From contig NC_135897.1 in the NCBI RefSeq assembly GCF_964194155.1, forward strand, positions 83,948,001 through 84,012,000: a stretch of 64,000 bases of DNA, read 5' to 3'. The DNA is from Cetorhinus maximus (lineage: Eukaryota). The notes below the pieces were generated by a model that did not search any database, was not told the DNA's origin, and worked only from the letters and a program-made list of their open reading frames with translations. Below are positions 36,178 to 49,353 of this stretch, one piece after another; the stretch's first letter is position 1; the number at the start of each line of letters is the position of its first letter. Position numbers and translations under genes: made by a program.

Positions 36178-36860
36178 GAGCAGAATTTAACAGCTGGTAG
36201 GGTTTCTTGCCCTGGCACTGAAAAAGTCAGCAGCAATCTCACCACCACACCCGTTGGCTGCCCTTCAGCCAGTTAATGCTCGGAAGAGTGTTAATTGGCT
36301 GGAGGGATGCCTTCTCCCCCCCACCTGGAGAGGAAGCCATGCCTTCGAGAGCTGCCTGCCAATCAGATTGGCCAGCAGCTCGCTGGCCCAAGCAACGCCA
36401 CTGGAAACAGTGACCACTGCCGGGACTGCATCCAGTCCCATTGAAAAAGAGCCAGGAACCAGATGCAAGGCAACTCTGGGGAGCTCTTGGCAGGGCCGGA
36501 ACAGGAGGCAATGGGCTGAGAGGGGCGGGCAAAGTAGGGTTTGGGTGATGGGTTGCAAAAGGAGAGAGGGGGCACCTCAAAGGAGGGCGCACATGAGGGA
36601 GGTGGCCTCAAAAGGAGCCGCTGATTGCAAAAGAGGGCCGGTGAAGGAGGCACTCCTCCCTTTCTTGCTCAAGTCCAAAGCAGGTTACCCTCCTGGCCAT
36701 TTCCCTCCTGTACCTGACCTTCTCCTGCCAGCTGAAAAATTGTGGTGGGGGCTGGAAGAGGCCCTGAAGTTGCCATTAATTCCTGCTTAGAAAGGTCAAC
36801 AGTGAAGTTTGCATGTTTATAGCCCTGTATGAAGAAACCTCCGTTCAGGATCTTACCAGG
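36178..36860. mobile_element. GC-rich non-autonomous DNA-transposon-like insert
   Basis: GAGCAGAATTT start; TTAATTGGC, CCAATCAG and GGCCCT.AAGT.GCCATTAAT motifs also seen at 51158-51810 and 59040-59510. Confidence 0.35.
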
Positions 36861-37465
36861 GCCGCCAGGGCACATTTTCAGTAACTGTGTTTGCCCATGC
36901 TTCAGTATTGTGATTGTGACCTTTGATAAACTGTGTGCATGGTATCTTTACAGCTCACAGCTGAAATATGCCATTAACCACATTCAAGGAGTCTCCAGCG
37001 GTACTGGAACTGATCCACGAGGGAATGCGGTACAACATTAAGCACAGATCTCTAAAACCTCTTTACCTAATTAACTTCAATGAATAATTTAAGAAGTTGG
37101 TCCCTAATGTGTGGCGTCATAAACAGAATATCCTTTGATATGGTTTGATATTTGATTTGGTCATTTATGTGTGCTAATGTCAGAGTGACCGCAGGGCTCA
37201 GATAGGTTAGAAATTGTATTCCAAAGGCCTTTTTGATGAATATATAAGGAATTCAGGAGAAGCATTTTTTACCCAGAGAGTGGCTAGAATGTGGTACTCA
37301 CCACCATAAGGAGTAATTGAGGTGAAAAGCATAGATGGACTTAAGGGGATGTAGAATAAGTGTATGAAAGAGAAAGGACTAGCCTCTCACTGGTTCAAAA
37401 TCCTGGAACTCCCTTCCTAACAGCACTGTGGGTGTACCTGCACCACATGGAGTGGCTCACCACTC

Positions 37466-37707
37466 TGTTATTGTTGTTTTTAGGCTGCTATGTGGTAGTT
37501 ATGATCCTGGACTTTCAGATAAAGCTGGAGGTGATATTGTTAACAAACTCTATTTTTTATTGAATATTACACTAACTATTTACAAGAAAGTCTCTACATG
37601 AGGCTCTACATAGAACTATCTCTCCATGTTCTGTTATCATATGATCTTATATCATTTATGATGCAGGCTATATATTTACATATTTAACATTAATCCTTTA
37701 TACTACA
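37466..37707 (-). repeat. Possible solo LTR nested in a LINE tail that itself interrupts a CR1 tail
   Basis: TG...CA termini and minus-strand AATAAA (~37556); host LINE tail resumes ..TCACCATCTTCTCAAGGGCAATTAGGG; CR1 tail halves at ~37250-37375 and ~37795-37900. Confidence 0.45.
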
Positions 37708-38128
37708 ATCACCATCTTCTCAAGGGCAATTAGGGATGGGTAACAAATGCTGGCCTTGCCAGCGATGCTTATATCCTGTAAAAGAATGAGTAAAAAGAAT
37801 ATGCTGATAGGGTTAGATGAAGTAGGATGGGAAGAGGCTTGTGTGGAGCATAAACACCAGCACAGACTGAAAGGCCTGTGTCCATGCTGTAATTCTATGA
37901 ATCTTATAAAAAGAGGTCTGAAAGAAGACTTCGTATCTTGGTTGCACAGACTGTAACTGGTCATGACCCAGCAGTAATCATGGTGATGTGCAATCTTTGA
38001 AAAATCCTGCCCAATGTTGTTGGATTTCATTGGAAAGCCCAATATAGTGGTCCTGTATTGGAATAAAAATCTCCCCTTCAACACAAATTACACACAGTCC
38101 CAGCTTTACAGCATCAGAGAATATTTTA

Positions 38129-38314
<186 letters not shown>

Positions 38315-38539
38315 CTATGAAGATGATACAAAACCAAAAGACATTTACCCATTTATGATTACAGGAATCATGATGAACCAGCATATTCCCAAGGTATTGG
38401 TTTAAAAAAAAGGTGATTTTTTTTTGAAGGACTGGATAGCATTGTGAGTTGGACACTAGGCTTTTATTTCCAGGACTGAATTCAAACACCCATAAGGTGA
38501 AACTTCCTATGTCTGTTGACTGTAAGGTCATATGCTGAA

Positions 38540-38940
38540 TCCATTCTTGCCTCTGACTCAGAAGACCATGGTTTCAAGCCCCACTTTTGAGATTAGAGAA
38601 CATAATCCAGGCTGATACTCCATCCCATGACTGAGGGGGTGCTGCACTGGCAGAGGTACTGTCTCACACAGGAGATGTTAAACCAAGGTCCCATCTACTC
38701 TCCCAGGTAGCAATAAAAAAAACTCCAATGCAGTGTTTTGAAGAAGAGTAGGGGAGGTCTGCCTTAAACAGCATCAATAAAAGCAAATTATCTGGTCATT
38801 ATTTCATGGCTTCATGTGGGATCTTGCTGATTGACTGCATCGTTACAAGTGACTAGACTTCAAAAGTACTTTATTGGCTGTAAAGCGCCTAGGGATGACC
38901 TGAGGCCACAGCAGGTGTTATGCTAATAAAAGTTTTTCTT
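38540..38940 (+). mobile_element. Deu-domain SINE
   Basis: GCCTCTGACTCAGAAG..GTTTCAAGCCC..GCTGCACTGGCAGAGG..TTCAAAAGTACTTTATTGGCTGTAAAGCG. Confidence 0.75.
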
Positions 38941-39381
38941 TTCTCTTCCTTCTTTCTTTCCCTTGGTTGCCCCATAACTGTAAAAGCATCGTGAGAGATC
39001 TTCAGTGAAGAATCACAGCACGTTATATTTCAATTTTACCCCCAATTTCATCAGCGTGACATCTGCATTTCAGACAGGCCTTTCGAAATGATCATTCCGA
39101 AGAATTTTCCTTTGGTATGAGGCATGTCTTATACTGTTGATGGTGACTGGCCAAACTAATTTCAGTTAGAACCTGGACCAATAGGACACTATTACCTTTA
39201 CTGCCTTGGCTAAATATGAGTTTAGAATCGAGAGGTAGACAGTCTTCAGTCTCTGACACACTATCCCACTCAGTATCCTAAAGCAGGAATGTCCAAACTT
39301 TTGGAGCTGAAGACTTGACCTTTATGTCAAACTCAATGAGTAGGCCAGCTGATTTTGCAGAAACGCACGCCCCAAAACACA

Positions 39382-40047
39382 GGGGGAAGAAATTTCTCCC
39401 CGTCGTGCGGGCTGGGTGGGAGTGGGCACGGTCGGACGCACAGCCTATCGCTACCTGCGGTTGGCTGTGCGCCACCATTTTATGTGGGCGGTTCAACTAA
39501 GGCCCACTGGGAAGCGCTCAGCGCTATCTGTGCGGGCAGGGGGAGGAGGGAGAGTCAGGGCCTGCGCTCTTTGCAGAAATGTCCCTGAGGCACGGAGCCA
39601 CCTCAGGGAGTTTAATTTCATTGTGAAAACCTGAAAAAAAATTTGAAAAAATTATTCGGACATGTCCCCTCATGTGACAGTGTCACATGAGCTGTGACAT
39701 GTCTATGAATTTTATTTAAATTTTTATTAAGGTTATAAAACCTTCATGAAACCTCATCCCACCCATGGATGAAGTTCCATGAAAAATGCAAAGGCCGCCT
39801 GGGCTCTTCGCCTGCTCCTCCGCCGACCTTAAGGTTGGATGGACAGCCCTGAGAATCAGTTTAATTAGTTAATTAATGGCCTTAATAGGCCTTTGACAGG
39901 TCAGCAGGTGCACAGCCGACTCCGCTGCATGCCTGCCGAACTGTGGATTGGAATGATGAATGGTGATGTTGGGATGCACACCCGACATCACCGCGCGTCA
40001 TTATACATGCAGGCCCGTCCCCACACACTGACCAGAAGATTCAGGCC
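39382..40047 (+). mobile_element. ~670-bp non-autonomous Harbinger-like element with internal hairpins
   Basis: Homologous to 26519-26900; right end AAGATTCAGGCC is the inverse of the GGCCTG(G/A)AT-type left terminus. Confidence 0.6.
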
Positions 40048-40671
40048 AGGAAATCCAAACCACTCCATGCAAAAAAATTTAAATGCAAAAATTCAAAAAT
40101 TGCAAGGCCACATGCACAGTAATGCGATGCTGCGCACACGAAAATCACCACTTCCATACAAATAACAATCCAGAACACTCTACAGCCAAAAACATATGAG
40201 CCACATGTGCAAATGTTCTAATCTGCAAAACACGAGAAATCAAACCCCACACCCCCATCCCATCTTCCCATCATCCTCAGGCCTCTCCTTCACTTTTCCT
40301 ATCCTTCCCCCGTCTCAAAACTCAAACAACTGGTAAGATTCAGCCTCAGCTCTTTAAACTCCCTGGGTTGGAGGACCACTGGTTGCCAAAAAGCTACTTC
40401 CTGATTGGCCTATGTCTGCCAATCAGGGAGCAGCCTTTCCTCATCCTGCAATGACTCAGGAGTTTGAGGGGCTGCAACAGAAACAGTTATCTAGTTTGAG
40501 TTTCATCTCAATAATGTACAAAAAGCTAATATGTATTATGGTGAATTTCAACTCCAAACTGCAATCCTACTTGTAAAGTGACATTGTGCATTTCATTTGA
40601 GAAGTATTAGATGGGGGTTGGATGTAAAGACACTCATAGGTGAAATTTTGGACACTGCTAATCTAGCTTTT

Positions 40672-40975
40672 GGAGCTCTTGTGGCACAATGGGTAGTGTC
40701 CCTACCTCTGAGCTGGAAGCCCTGGGTTTGAGTCTCACCCCAGGACATGATGGCCATGGAAGGTGTATTCATAGTGCAGTCAAACAGGTTGAGTATTAAC
40801 CAACACACACCAATGACTGGCGGTAAGAGTGGGAGAGATTCCTGCTCAGCCATGTGATGGAAAGAAGGTTGGAGCCTCTACCGTCACTATCCATAGCTCC
40901 AGACAATAACATGCATGTATAAAGTGCATGATGCCACAGCAACATGGACTCCCTGAGTGACTTGCAACACACCAG
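40672..40975 (+). mobile_element. tRNA-derived SINE (third family)
   Basis: GTGGCACAATGGGTAG / GGGTTTGAGTCTC boxes; colinear with 49042-49353. Confidence 0.75.
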
Positions 40976-41279
40976 CACTTATCTAGATGTCAACTTTTCC
41001 AATTCAAACTTTCTCCCCCTCTCAGTCCTGAAAGTGTTCACTTCTTCTTGGATATTGTTATGTGGGTGCCAGGCACCCTCAGGTATCTCACCCAAGAAGG
41101 TATTCGTGATGCCTGGACGTAGAAAATTGTTGTCAACAAGCTATTCAACCGTTGATAACACCACAGTTATTCTAACAATTGGATGAAGTTCAGGATAAGG
41201 AGCCCCTGGGTAATTTGTCCTCCCTCCAGCTCTGGAGTGCTCATGGTCAATTGTTGCACCTCTGCTGCCATTACAACCA

Positions 41280-41745
41280 CCAACCAGAAGAACAATGGCT
41301 TGCGTTTGTACAGCTCTTAACATTGTAAAATGCCCCAAGGTGCCTTACAGGAGTGTTGTCAAACAAAATTTGACATAAGTAGTTTTTAGGACAAGTCAAA
41401 GAGGTAGGCTTTATGGAGTGTCTGAAAGTAAGAAAAAGAGATGGAGAGGTGGAGAGTTTTCAGGAAGGAATTCCAGAACTAATCGCCTAGGCAGTTGAAG
41501 GCACGGCTGCCAATGGTGTAGCGATGGAATTCAGGTATGTGCAAGGGGTCAGAAATGGAGGAGAGCAGAGTTCTCAGAGTGTTGTAAGGCTGATGGAGGT
41601 TACAGAGGTGGGGAAGGGTGAGACCACAGGGAGGAATTTGAACACAAGGTTGAGAGTTTTAAAGCTGAAATGTTGCCAGACTATCGAGCCAATATTGGTA
41701 AGTGAGCACAGAGATGATGGATAAACAGGACTTGGTGCGAGTCAG
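41280..41745 (-). mobile_element. L2-type LINE 3' end
   Basis: Reverse complement of the tail at 3890/6500/47490 (GGAAGGAATTCCAGA..CCTAGGCAGTTGAAGGC..GAATTTGAACACAAGG). Confidence 0.7.
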
Positions 41746-41808
41746 GATGGTGACCCCCACCAGATTTTTCACTTTAAGCAACATGTAGTTTAAGATATTA
41801 ATATTTAC

Positions 41809-41881
41809 TTGTCTGCAAATGAAATTTCCCAGGCTTAACTGCAAGAGATGAGGGGTTGTGTTGTCCATATCGTTATGGAGC
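41809..41881 (-). CDS. MINDY4B: MINDY4B internal exon (73 nt, phase 2 to 0)
   Basis: cttacag|G: (R)LHNDMDNTTPHLLQLSLGNFICRQ|gtaaat; compare human LQMDLDVTTTQLLQ....FLCRQ. Confidence 0.9.
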
Positions 41882-42279
41882 CTGTAAGAAAGGACAATAC
41901 ATCAGAAATAACCCCAAAACCCCTTCAAAGCAAGTCAAACAGATTCACATGCAGCTTTCACTTTTGAGAAATTGACAGAAATGCATCAGAACAATAGGGT
42001 GTGTTGAGACTGGGACACAGTTAATGCTGCAATGAGCTGTGCTATCATTCATTACTTCATAAATCTTATGAGGGAAGCACTTAGTAGAGACCTGATGCAT
42101 CTTACAGGGAGAGGGGAAGGGTTAAAGAAAAACTCCGAAGTATAAAAGGGCAAATAGGGTAACTTAAATATAATTTTTTCTTCTTCCACTGCTCCCAATC
42201 AATGCATGGCTCCAAAGCATCTGGAATCTTATGAGGATGAACCCTTAGTTCTAAAACTCTGTGTCATGGTACTTCAAAC

Positions 42280-42577
42280 ATGGGCATCACTGGCTAGGCC
42301 AGCAGTTATTTGCCATCCCTAACTGCCCTTGTTCATTGGGCATTTAAGAGTCAGCAGGTCTGGAGTCACATGAAGGTAAGGATGGCAGATTTCCTTCCCT
42401 AAACACATTAATGAACTAGATGGGTTTTTAATGATAATGGCAATAGTTTCATGGTTATCCAGATTTTTATTAGATTCAAATCTGCCATCTTGGGGTTTGA
42501 ACCCAGGTCCTCAGAGCATTACCCTTAGTTTCAGGAATACTTGTCCAGTGATAATACCACTATGCCACCATCTCCCC
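42280..42577 (-). mobile_element. tRNA-derived SINE (30598 family), internally deleted
   Basis: GGTCTGGAGTCACATG..GGCAGATTTCCTTCCCTAA..GTTTGAACCC..ATACCACTATGCCAC. Confidence 0.75.
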
Positions 42578-42632
42578 ATGTTGCAAGTAAAACAGCTGCA
42601 AGGTTCCAGGACTAGGCTTAGGCCCAATAACT

Positions 42633-43680
42633 TGTAGTATTGTAAATATGTAGCCATCTTTGGCTCTGTAAGCTTAGAGTTAATTTCTGTAATCAGTTTT
42701 CGTAGCTATGTAGTTCTTGTGACTTTTATTTTTTATGAACGCTTAATGTATTAGGCTGTATCTTGTATCTGTATCCTGTTACCTTAAGTTTGACACACCA
42801 GTCATCTCTATGCACTGAGTTTTATATGTACTTATGTTGACATTATGTAACATCTGTAACTTTGTAATCTCTGTAAGGCTATACACCACTCTGTACTCTT
42901 TTACATATTTTAATTAACTTATACCAAGCACAGGCAGATAGATAATAATTCTATGAGACACCTAGACATCAATTAAACATTTGGGTTGATGAGTCTAAAT
43001 GTTAATCAGTAGTGCTAGATACCATACTCTCATATCTCAAATAAGCAAACACTAAAACTACAAGCAGACACCAAAACTACTTTAAGGCCTGTTATACTAG
43101 TGGGAAGTCACAAAATGTAATAAGACAACAGGGAAGGCTGTAATGAGGGAGATGGTCTTATGAGTAATTAACATAATAGATGATCATGTATCACCTAAAC
43201 CAACCAGAAACTTATCTTGCACCCCCTAAACCAATCAGAAACTCACAATGCACCACCCAAACCAATCAGAGATTGATCATGCACTGACTGAGCCATTCAG
43301 AATCCAAAAAACAAGACTAATTATGCACATGGATTATAGTTTGGAAAGAGTTAAAAAGCACCAACTTTGAGCTATCAGGTGCACTGAGTTTGAAGACTGA
43401 ACTGAAGATTGCTTTTAAGCTGGGTGCAGAAGACCATAGAACTCGTGAGAGAGAGAGAGGGAAAAAAGCATGTGTCCTAGGCCGAAACGGGCATCAAGAA
43501 TTGTGTTAAGCCAGTAAAGTCACTGCCTTGTTTGTTAAGTATTACTTTTGTTGCTTCATAAATGTTCCTGAGTTACATCACTGGATTCTCTCCTATTGCC
43601 TGAGTGGTTAAAGCCTCAAAAGAACAAATTAATATTGAGTGAGTGGATTTGGAAGTTAAACACCCTCTGAAAAACTTACA
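42633..43680 (+). repeat. Probable ~1-kb solo LTR
   Basis: TGTAG...TTACA termini; tandem CCAATCAG-type units (43190-43300) followed by TTAAAAAG and AGTAAA; no TSD seen. Confidence 0.5.
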
Positions 43681-44325
43681 TCCTCCCTTGGTCATCCTCC
43701 ATGCAACTTGCATTGCCACCGCCTGGTCTCAAGCATAGGCTGGCATTTACAGATGCTCCCCAAAGAGGGCAATACAGCGAAAACTCACCGTTAATCTTGG
43801 AAGAAGCCTACCTCACCAGGTGCACACCACTTATATGCGGTCGTAAATGTGAATGTTCTAATTTCTCACTGGCAGGGAATTTAATTTGGAGAGGGAAATT
43901 AATTTTGGCGAGCTGGCCTTTTAATGAGCGTGCATGACTCGCTAATGCATAGCTTTGCGGCATCGTTTGTTGGGAAACTCAACCCGCCTTTAAACTCCCG
44001 AGAACGGGATTGCAAATGTTCATCCCGTCATCAGGGAGCTGATTTTTGGCCTCACACCAAATTAAGTTCCCCCGCTGGCCAAGCTTCCCGTTGCAGGTGG
44101 GCCCGGAAGATTCCACCCATCATTTTACACATTTAACTCGTACTGCACATTAAATTGCTATTGTACATCAGGTTTTCTCTTCTCTCCGTGAACAATTCTT
44201 AGCTTGCAATGATCTCCTGTGCAACTCCTGATAAATTAAACGCTCCCAAACTTTTCTGCAGAAACGGTATCGTACTTTCGAAAGATTTAGATCCCACACT
44301 AGTATCAGCTCCTCAACTCTCTTAC

Positions 44326-44396
44326 CTTTCCAGAGTCCTTGACAAGAGTAAACTGTACAGGAATAGAATGACCGCATGACTTCCTTCACCTTTAAA
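44326..44396 (-). CDS. MINDY4B: MINDY4B internal exon (71 nt, phase 0 to 2)
   Basis: ctaatcag|FKGEGSHAVILFLYSLLLSRTLE AG|gtaaga. Confidence 0.93.
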
Positions 44397-44714
44397 CTGA
44401 TTAGAGAGGAAATGGAAGTTTAGAGTGTTTATTAATTAACACCACAGTTTCATACAAGCGGAATATAATAATGCTGTTGCACCTGTCTTGAAATCAGGCT
44501 GCGTGGTAGCAAATGTTTTGATGTGTTCATATAGAATTCCTTTGCCTGCTATTTTAACTGAGGTTTAAATGGATTTTAAGTGGAATGCTGCCTCTTAAAG
44601 TAACAAACTAGGAATCTAGGAGCCCATTACCTGGCTTTGCTACTCATATTTTACAACCTGGATTTCAACTTCTAAAAAAATACTGGATACACCGAATGGC
44701 TCAGATCTCATTTA

Positions 44715-45135
44715 TACTACTTGTTTCACAATCCCAAAGCGCTTTACAAGCAATTATGTATTTTATTTGAATCGTAGTCACTGTCATAAGGTAGAAAACA
44801 AAGCAGCCAATTTGCGCACAACAAGCTCCAACAAACAGCAATGTCATGGTGACCATAATCTGTTATTGCGGTTGTTGGGATGTTGGTCGAGGGATAAATG
44901 AGGCAATGAGGAGAACTTTCTTTCCCTTCTTTAAAATAATGGTGTGGGATCTTTATGCCTGGAGGGCAGGCAGAGACTCGGTTTAGTGTTATATACAAAA
45001 GAGAAAACCTGCAATGCTCCAGCACTCTGTCAGTGTACAGCGCCGGAGTTTCAGCCTAGATTTTATGCTCAAATCTCTGGGATGGAATTTAAACCCACAA
45101 TCTCCTGACTCAGAGGTGAGAGTGCAATCCACAGC
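44715..45135 (-). mobile_element. Deu-domain SINE
   Basis: CCCAAAGCGCTTTACA..GCAGCCAATTTGCGCACA..CAAACAGCAATG..CAGCCTAGATTTTATGCTCAA. Confidence 0.75.
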
Positions 45136-45679
45136 TAAAACCTTAATGAGCAGTTCATAAATATGGAATGAACATTAAATTACATTATCTCATGAGATTA
45201 CACTTTGAGCTTTAAGGACAACTTAGATCCACCTTTGGTTTGTTCTTTCTTTGCTAACAGCATTCAACCAATAAATATTGCACTCCACCTTACTGCACAG
45301 TGAAGATTAATGACTTTAAGTATTTGCAGCGATGGTGCCACAAAGAGTTAATAATTAGCAAATCACAGTTTACATTAGCTTCCTTGACCTGGTTCTGTAG
45401 ACCTTCCATTTCTGTCCTGTCCTACCCTCAGAAATGCCGAATCAGAAGAATGCGATACAAATTCAACTGTTCCTTCGTCGTCACTGGGACAGAAATCCTG
45501 GAACATCCCTGTGGGAGCTTTTTCACCATGCTGACTGCAGTGGTTCAAGAAGAAGGCGCACCCTCACTTCCTCAAGGGCAATTTGAACAGGTAATCAAAG
45601 CTGACCTCCCAGCGACCTCCATATCCCAAGAAGGAATGAATTAAAAATAAATCTGCACTGACAATTCCATCAATGCTGA

Positions 45680-46620
45680 GTTTAGACCATAGACCAGAAG
45701 ATATAGGAGCAGAAATAGCCATCAAGTCTGCTCAAGTCTACTCTGCCATTCAATGAGATCATGGCTGACCTGATAATCCTCAAATCCACTTTCCTGCCTT
45801 TTCCCCATAACCCTTGATTTCCTTACTGATTAAAAATCTGTCTATCTCAGCCTTGAATATACTTAACAACCCAGACTCCACAGCCCTCTGTGGTAAAGAA
45901 TTCCTCAGATTCACTACCCTCTGAGAGAAGAAATTCCTCCTAATCTCTGTCTTAAATGGACAGCTCCCTTACTCTGAGATTATGCCCTCTGGTCCTAGAC
46001 TCTCCCACAAGGGGAAGCAACCTCTCAGCATCTACCCTATCAAGCCCCCTAAGAATCATATATGTTTCAATAAGGTCACCTCTCATTCTTCTAAACTCCA
46101 ATGAGTACAGGTCCAACCTACTCAACCTACCCTCATAAGAAAATCCCTCCATATCTGGAGTCAACCTAGTGAGCCTTCTCTGGACTGCCTCCAAAGCCAA
46201 TATATCATTCCTTAGATAAGGGGACCAAAACTGTTCACAGTATTCTAGGTGTGTTTAGCAAGACTTCACCATTTTTATACTCCATTCCCTTTGAAACAAA
46301 GGCCAACATTCCATTTGCTTTACTATTACCTGCTGAATTTATATGCCAGCTTTTTGTGATTTCATGCACGAGGACACCCAAATCTCTCTGTGTTGCAGCT
46401 TTCTGTAGTCTTTCTCCATTTAAATAATATTCAGCTCCTCTATTCTTCCCGCCAAAGTGCGTAACCTCACATTTTCCCACATTATATTCCATCTGCCAAG
46501 TTTTTGCCCACTCACTTAACCTGTCTATATTCCTTTGTAGACTCTTGTTTCATCCTCACCACTTGCCTTCCCACCTATTTCTGTGTCATCCGCAAACTTG
46601 GCAATAGTACATTCACTTCA
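45680..46620 (-). mobile_element. 5'-truncated CR1, same subfamily as 15480-16600
   Basis: ORFs 45952-46200 and 46235-46492 nearly identical in protein to 15571-16497. Confidence 0.93.
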
Positions 46621-46801
46621 TTAATATTAATATTAATGGTTTCTTGGTTTCAAATACGACACCCGTGGGTGGTTACCAGTTAGAGGTCAGGCATTTTGTA
46701 AATGGAGGAACAAACGTTACAGAACTAACAGTGTTGTAGAAACTTTGGACTCTACATGGCTTTGTCAGAACTCTTTTCCTTGTGCTAAGGAAGCATGAAT
46801 C

Positions 46802-47105
46802 TGTGGCTCATTTGGTAGCACTGTTGCCTGAGTCAAAACGTTGTGTGTTCAAGTCCCAAGAAGAGCAGAGGCATTAACACCAGTGTCCTGGCCAATATTT
46901 ATCCCTCAATCAATATCACGAAAACAGATTATCTGGCTATTATTGCTTTGCTGTTTGTGGGAGCTTGCTGTGCAAAAACTGACGGCTGCATTTCCTGCAT
47001 TACAACAGTCGCTACACTGCAAAAGTACATCATAGCCTCAAAAACACTTTGGGTTGTCCAGTGGTGTTGAGAGGCGCAATATAAATGCAAGTTTTTCTTT
47101 CTTTC
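46802..47105 (+). mobile_element. Deu-domain SINE with central deletion
   Basis: GTGGCTCATTTGGTAG..GTTCAAGTCCC joined directly to AAGAAGAGCAG..GTCCTGGCCAATATTTATCCCTCAA. Confidence 0.75.
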
Positions 47106-47489
47106 ATCATGCTATTTTTATTACTCTTACTTTTCTAAATCCTCTTACTTGTCAGAGAGAGAAAGAGGGGTGACAGCACAGCACCCCAGTTACAACAGGG
47201 TAGATGCAGCATGTGCTCGTCTAAGGATCAGAGATGTGGCACCAGGCATTATTGTGAACAATAATAATACATTTTATAAAACCTGATGACATAAACAGAA
47301 TTATAATTTTGTAAAATCCTTTCTTGTCCACTGACTTCATCACAGGCGAAGTAGTTTTATTAACTTTTTGTTAACATCTGTTGCTGCTTTAACTGTCATT
47401 TAAATGTGACCTCAACAGCTTTATTTTTTCACTTCTGAAAATGCTGCCCGCTAAAACATCAAAGTTCCCTTTTTATTCCATCGCTTCTC

Positions 47490-47910
47490 CAGAGTTGCGT
47501 TGCTGAACTGCATTGGCCCCCAGCTAAGCAATGTCTCGAATTTAAAATTCTCACCCTTGTTTCCATGGCCTCACCTCTCCCCAAGCCCCACAGCCTCCCG
47601 AGATCTTTGTGCAGCTCCAAATTCTAACCTCTTGCGTGTCCTCGATTTTAAATGCTCCACTTTTGGTTGCAGAGCCTTTAGCTACCTCAGCCCCAAGCTC
47701 TGGAATTCCCTCCCTAAACTTCTCCACCTCTCTATCTCTCTCTCTCTTCCTCTAAGATGCTCTTTACAACCTAAATCTTTACTAAACTTTTGGCCACCTC
47801 TCCTAACATCAACTTAACTGGCTCAGTGTCAGACTTGTTTGATTATACTCCTGGGAAGCGCCTTGGGATGTCTTGCTACATTAAGGACGCTATAGAAATA
47901 CAATTTGTAG
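47490..47910 (+). mobile_element. L2-type LINE 3' end
   Basis: RAFSYLSPKLWNSLP motif; tail GAAGCGCCTTGGGATG..GCTATAGAAAT. Confidence 0.75.
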
Positions 47911-48037
47911 ACATTCAATGGCTTCCATCTAATTGTAGCAACCCTTCTAAAGTCTCGTTCTTGCATTAAACTGAACTAATATACCACTGCATAGTTTCAT
48001 TTTCTAACAGCAATTAAGTGCCCGTTTCAGTACTTAC

Positions 48038-48103
48038 ACAGTAGATATGTTCAGAAATGAAATTCTGCAGTTTTTCCTTTTCTGTGAATTTGAAGAGCTG
48101 GAG
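48038..48103 (-). CDS. MINDY4B: MINDY4B internal exon (66 nt, phase 0 to 0)
   Basis: tttctttag|LQLFKFTEKEKLQNFISEHIYC|gtaagt; compare human [22 protein letters not shown]. Confidence 0.92.
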
Positions 48104-49041
48104 CTAAAGAAAAATGAGAACAATGTGAGGCAGCAGCATAGGCCACTCCAAAGAGATCTGACTGATTACGATTTCCCATCAGAGATTTAGGGTAAGTTTT
48201 CAGAAACATCTGGGAGTAGACTCTCACAATGGCTCTGCTGTAGTCCCTAGAAACTTTGTCAAGAGGTCAGTAAGAACCCTGAAGAAATGGGGTCTGTAAT
48301 CAAGGGGACTCTTTTCAAGTGGTATCAACTATTCCCTTAATCAGCCTGAGCATCTTACTTTCACGGGAACTATCTCTCACACTGCCCTACATCTACCCTA
48401 TATCCGGCTATTTGAATCCACCTAGCCTATCACTTCAGGAGTGAAAATGTCTTCCTCAATGGGCCTGCAACATGCTTCTTCTTAAGACAAGCCAACACAT
48501 GACTTACAAGCTGTTTCTTTGTTTGTAATTGGTAAAAGTGCACTATCTTCTTGAACTGTATCTTTCGTACATGTATGTGTTTGAGTGATGTAGCGTTTCG
48601 ACTTTCAGAGCGAATGCGTGAATAAACAATCCTCTTTATTTAAACCCACAAAAGCTTGCTGCTGGTTTCTCCACTTGATCACACACTCAGGGGTTAAGAA
48701 GCATACACATCTTCCTTTTCAAAAAAACACACTGATTACGGACTGTAAGGGAAGGGTATTGGGATTCCAGTCTCTCTCTCATCTCTGTCCATTACAATCG
48801 TTAATAGATTCCAGAAAGCTAAGAAACCTTGCCTGAAACCTAATCACAGCTCTATTGTCCTGTGAATTTATCCTCTTGAGTGTTCGGCTTAGTTCAATCA
48901 TACCACGTTTCACTCACATAACACTGCAGCTTAGTGAATGGGAGATCTTTCACAAGTCAAATCATAAGAAAGCTGTTATATTTTTAATATTTAAAAGATG
49001 CGCCTGGTCACTTTAAATTTGGTTACTGCCATCTGGCTTTT

Positions 49042-49353
49042 TGGTTTTGTGCCGCGGTGGGTAGCATCCCTGCCTCTGAGCCAGAAGCTCTCAGATTGAG
49101 TTCCACCCCAGGACTTGATGGCCAAGGAAGGTATGTTCATAACATGGCCTAACAGGTTGAATATCAACTTGCAAATCATTCTGACACATTCCCAAGGACA
49201 GGCGGTAAGAGTCGGGGAGATTCCTAATCAGCCATATGATGGAAAGAACATTGGAACTTCTACCATCACTATCCATAGCTCCAGGCTACAACATGCTTGT
49301 AAAAGTGCTTGTTGCCACGGCAACTCAACTCCCTGAGTGATCTGTAACGCACC
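49042..49353 (+). mobile_element. tRNA-derived SINE (third family) with flanking 17-bp direct repeat
   Basis: Colinear with 40672-40975; ACTGCCATCT(G/T)GCTTTT at 49025-49041 and 49354-49370. Confidence 0.75.

Noticed and set aside
36254-36790. 178-aa plus-strand ORF
   Set aside because: Lies within a GC-rich repeat-like insert in a MINDY4B intron; no domain signature
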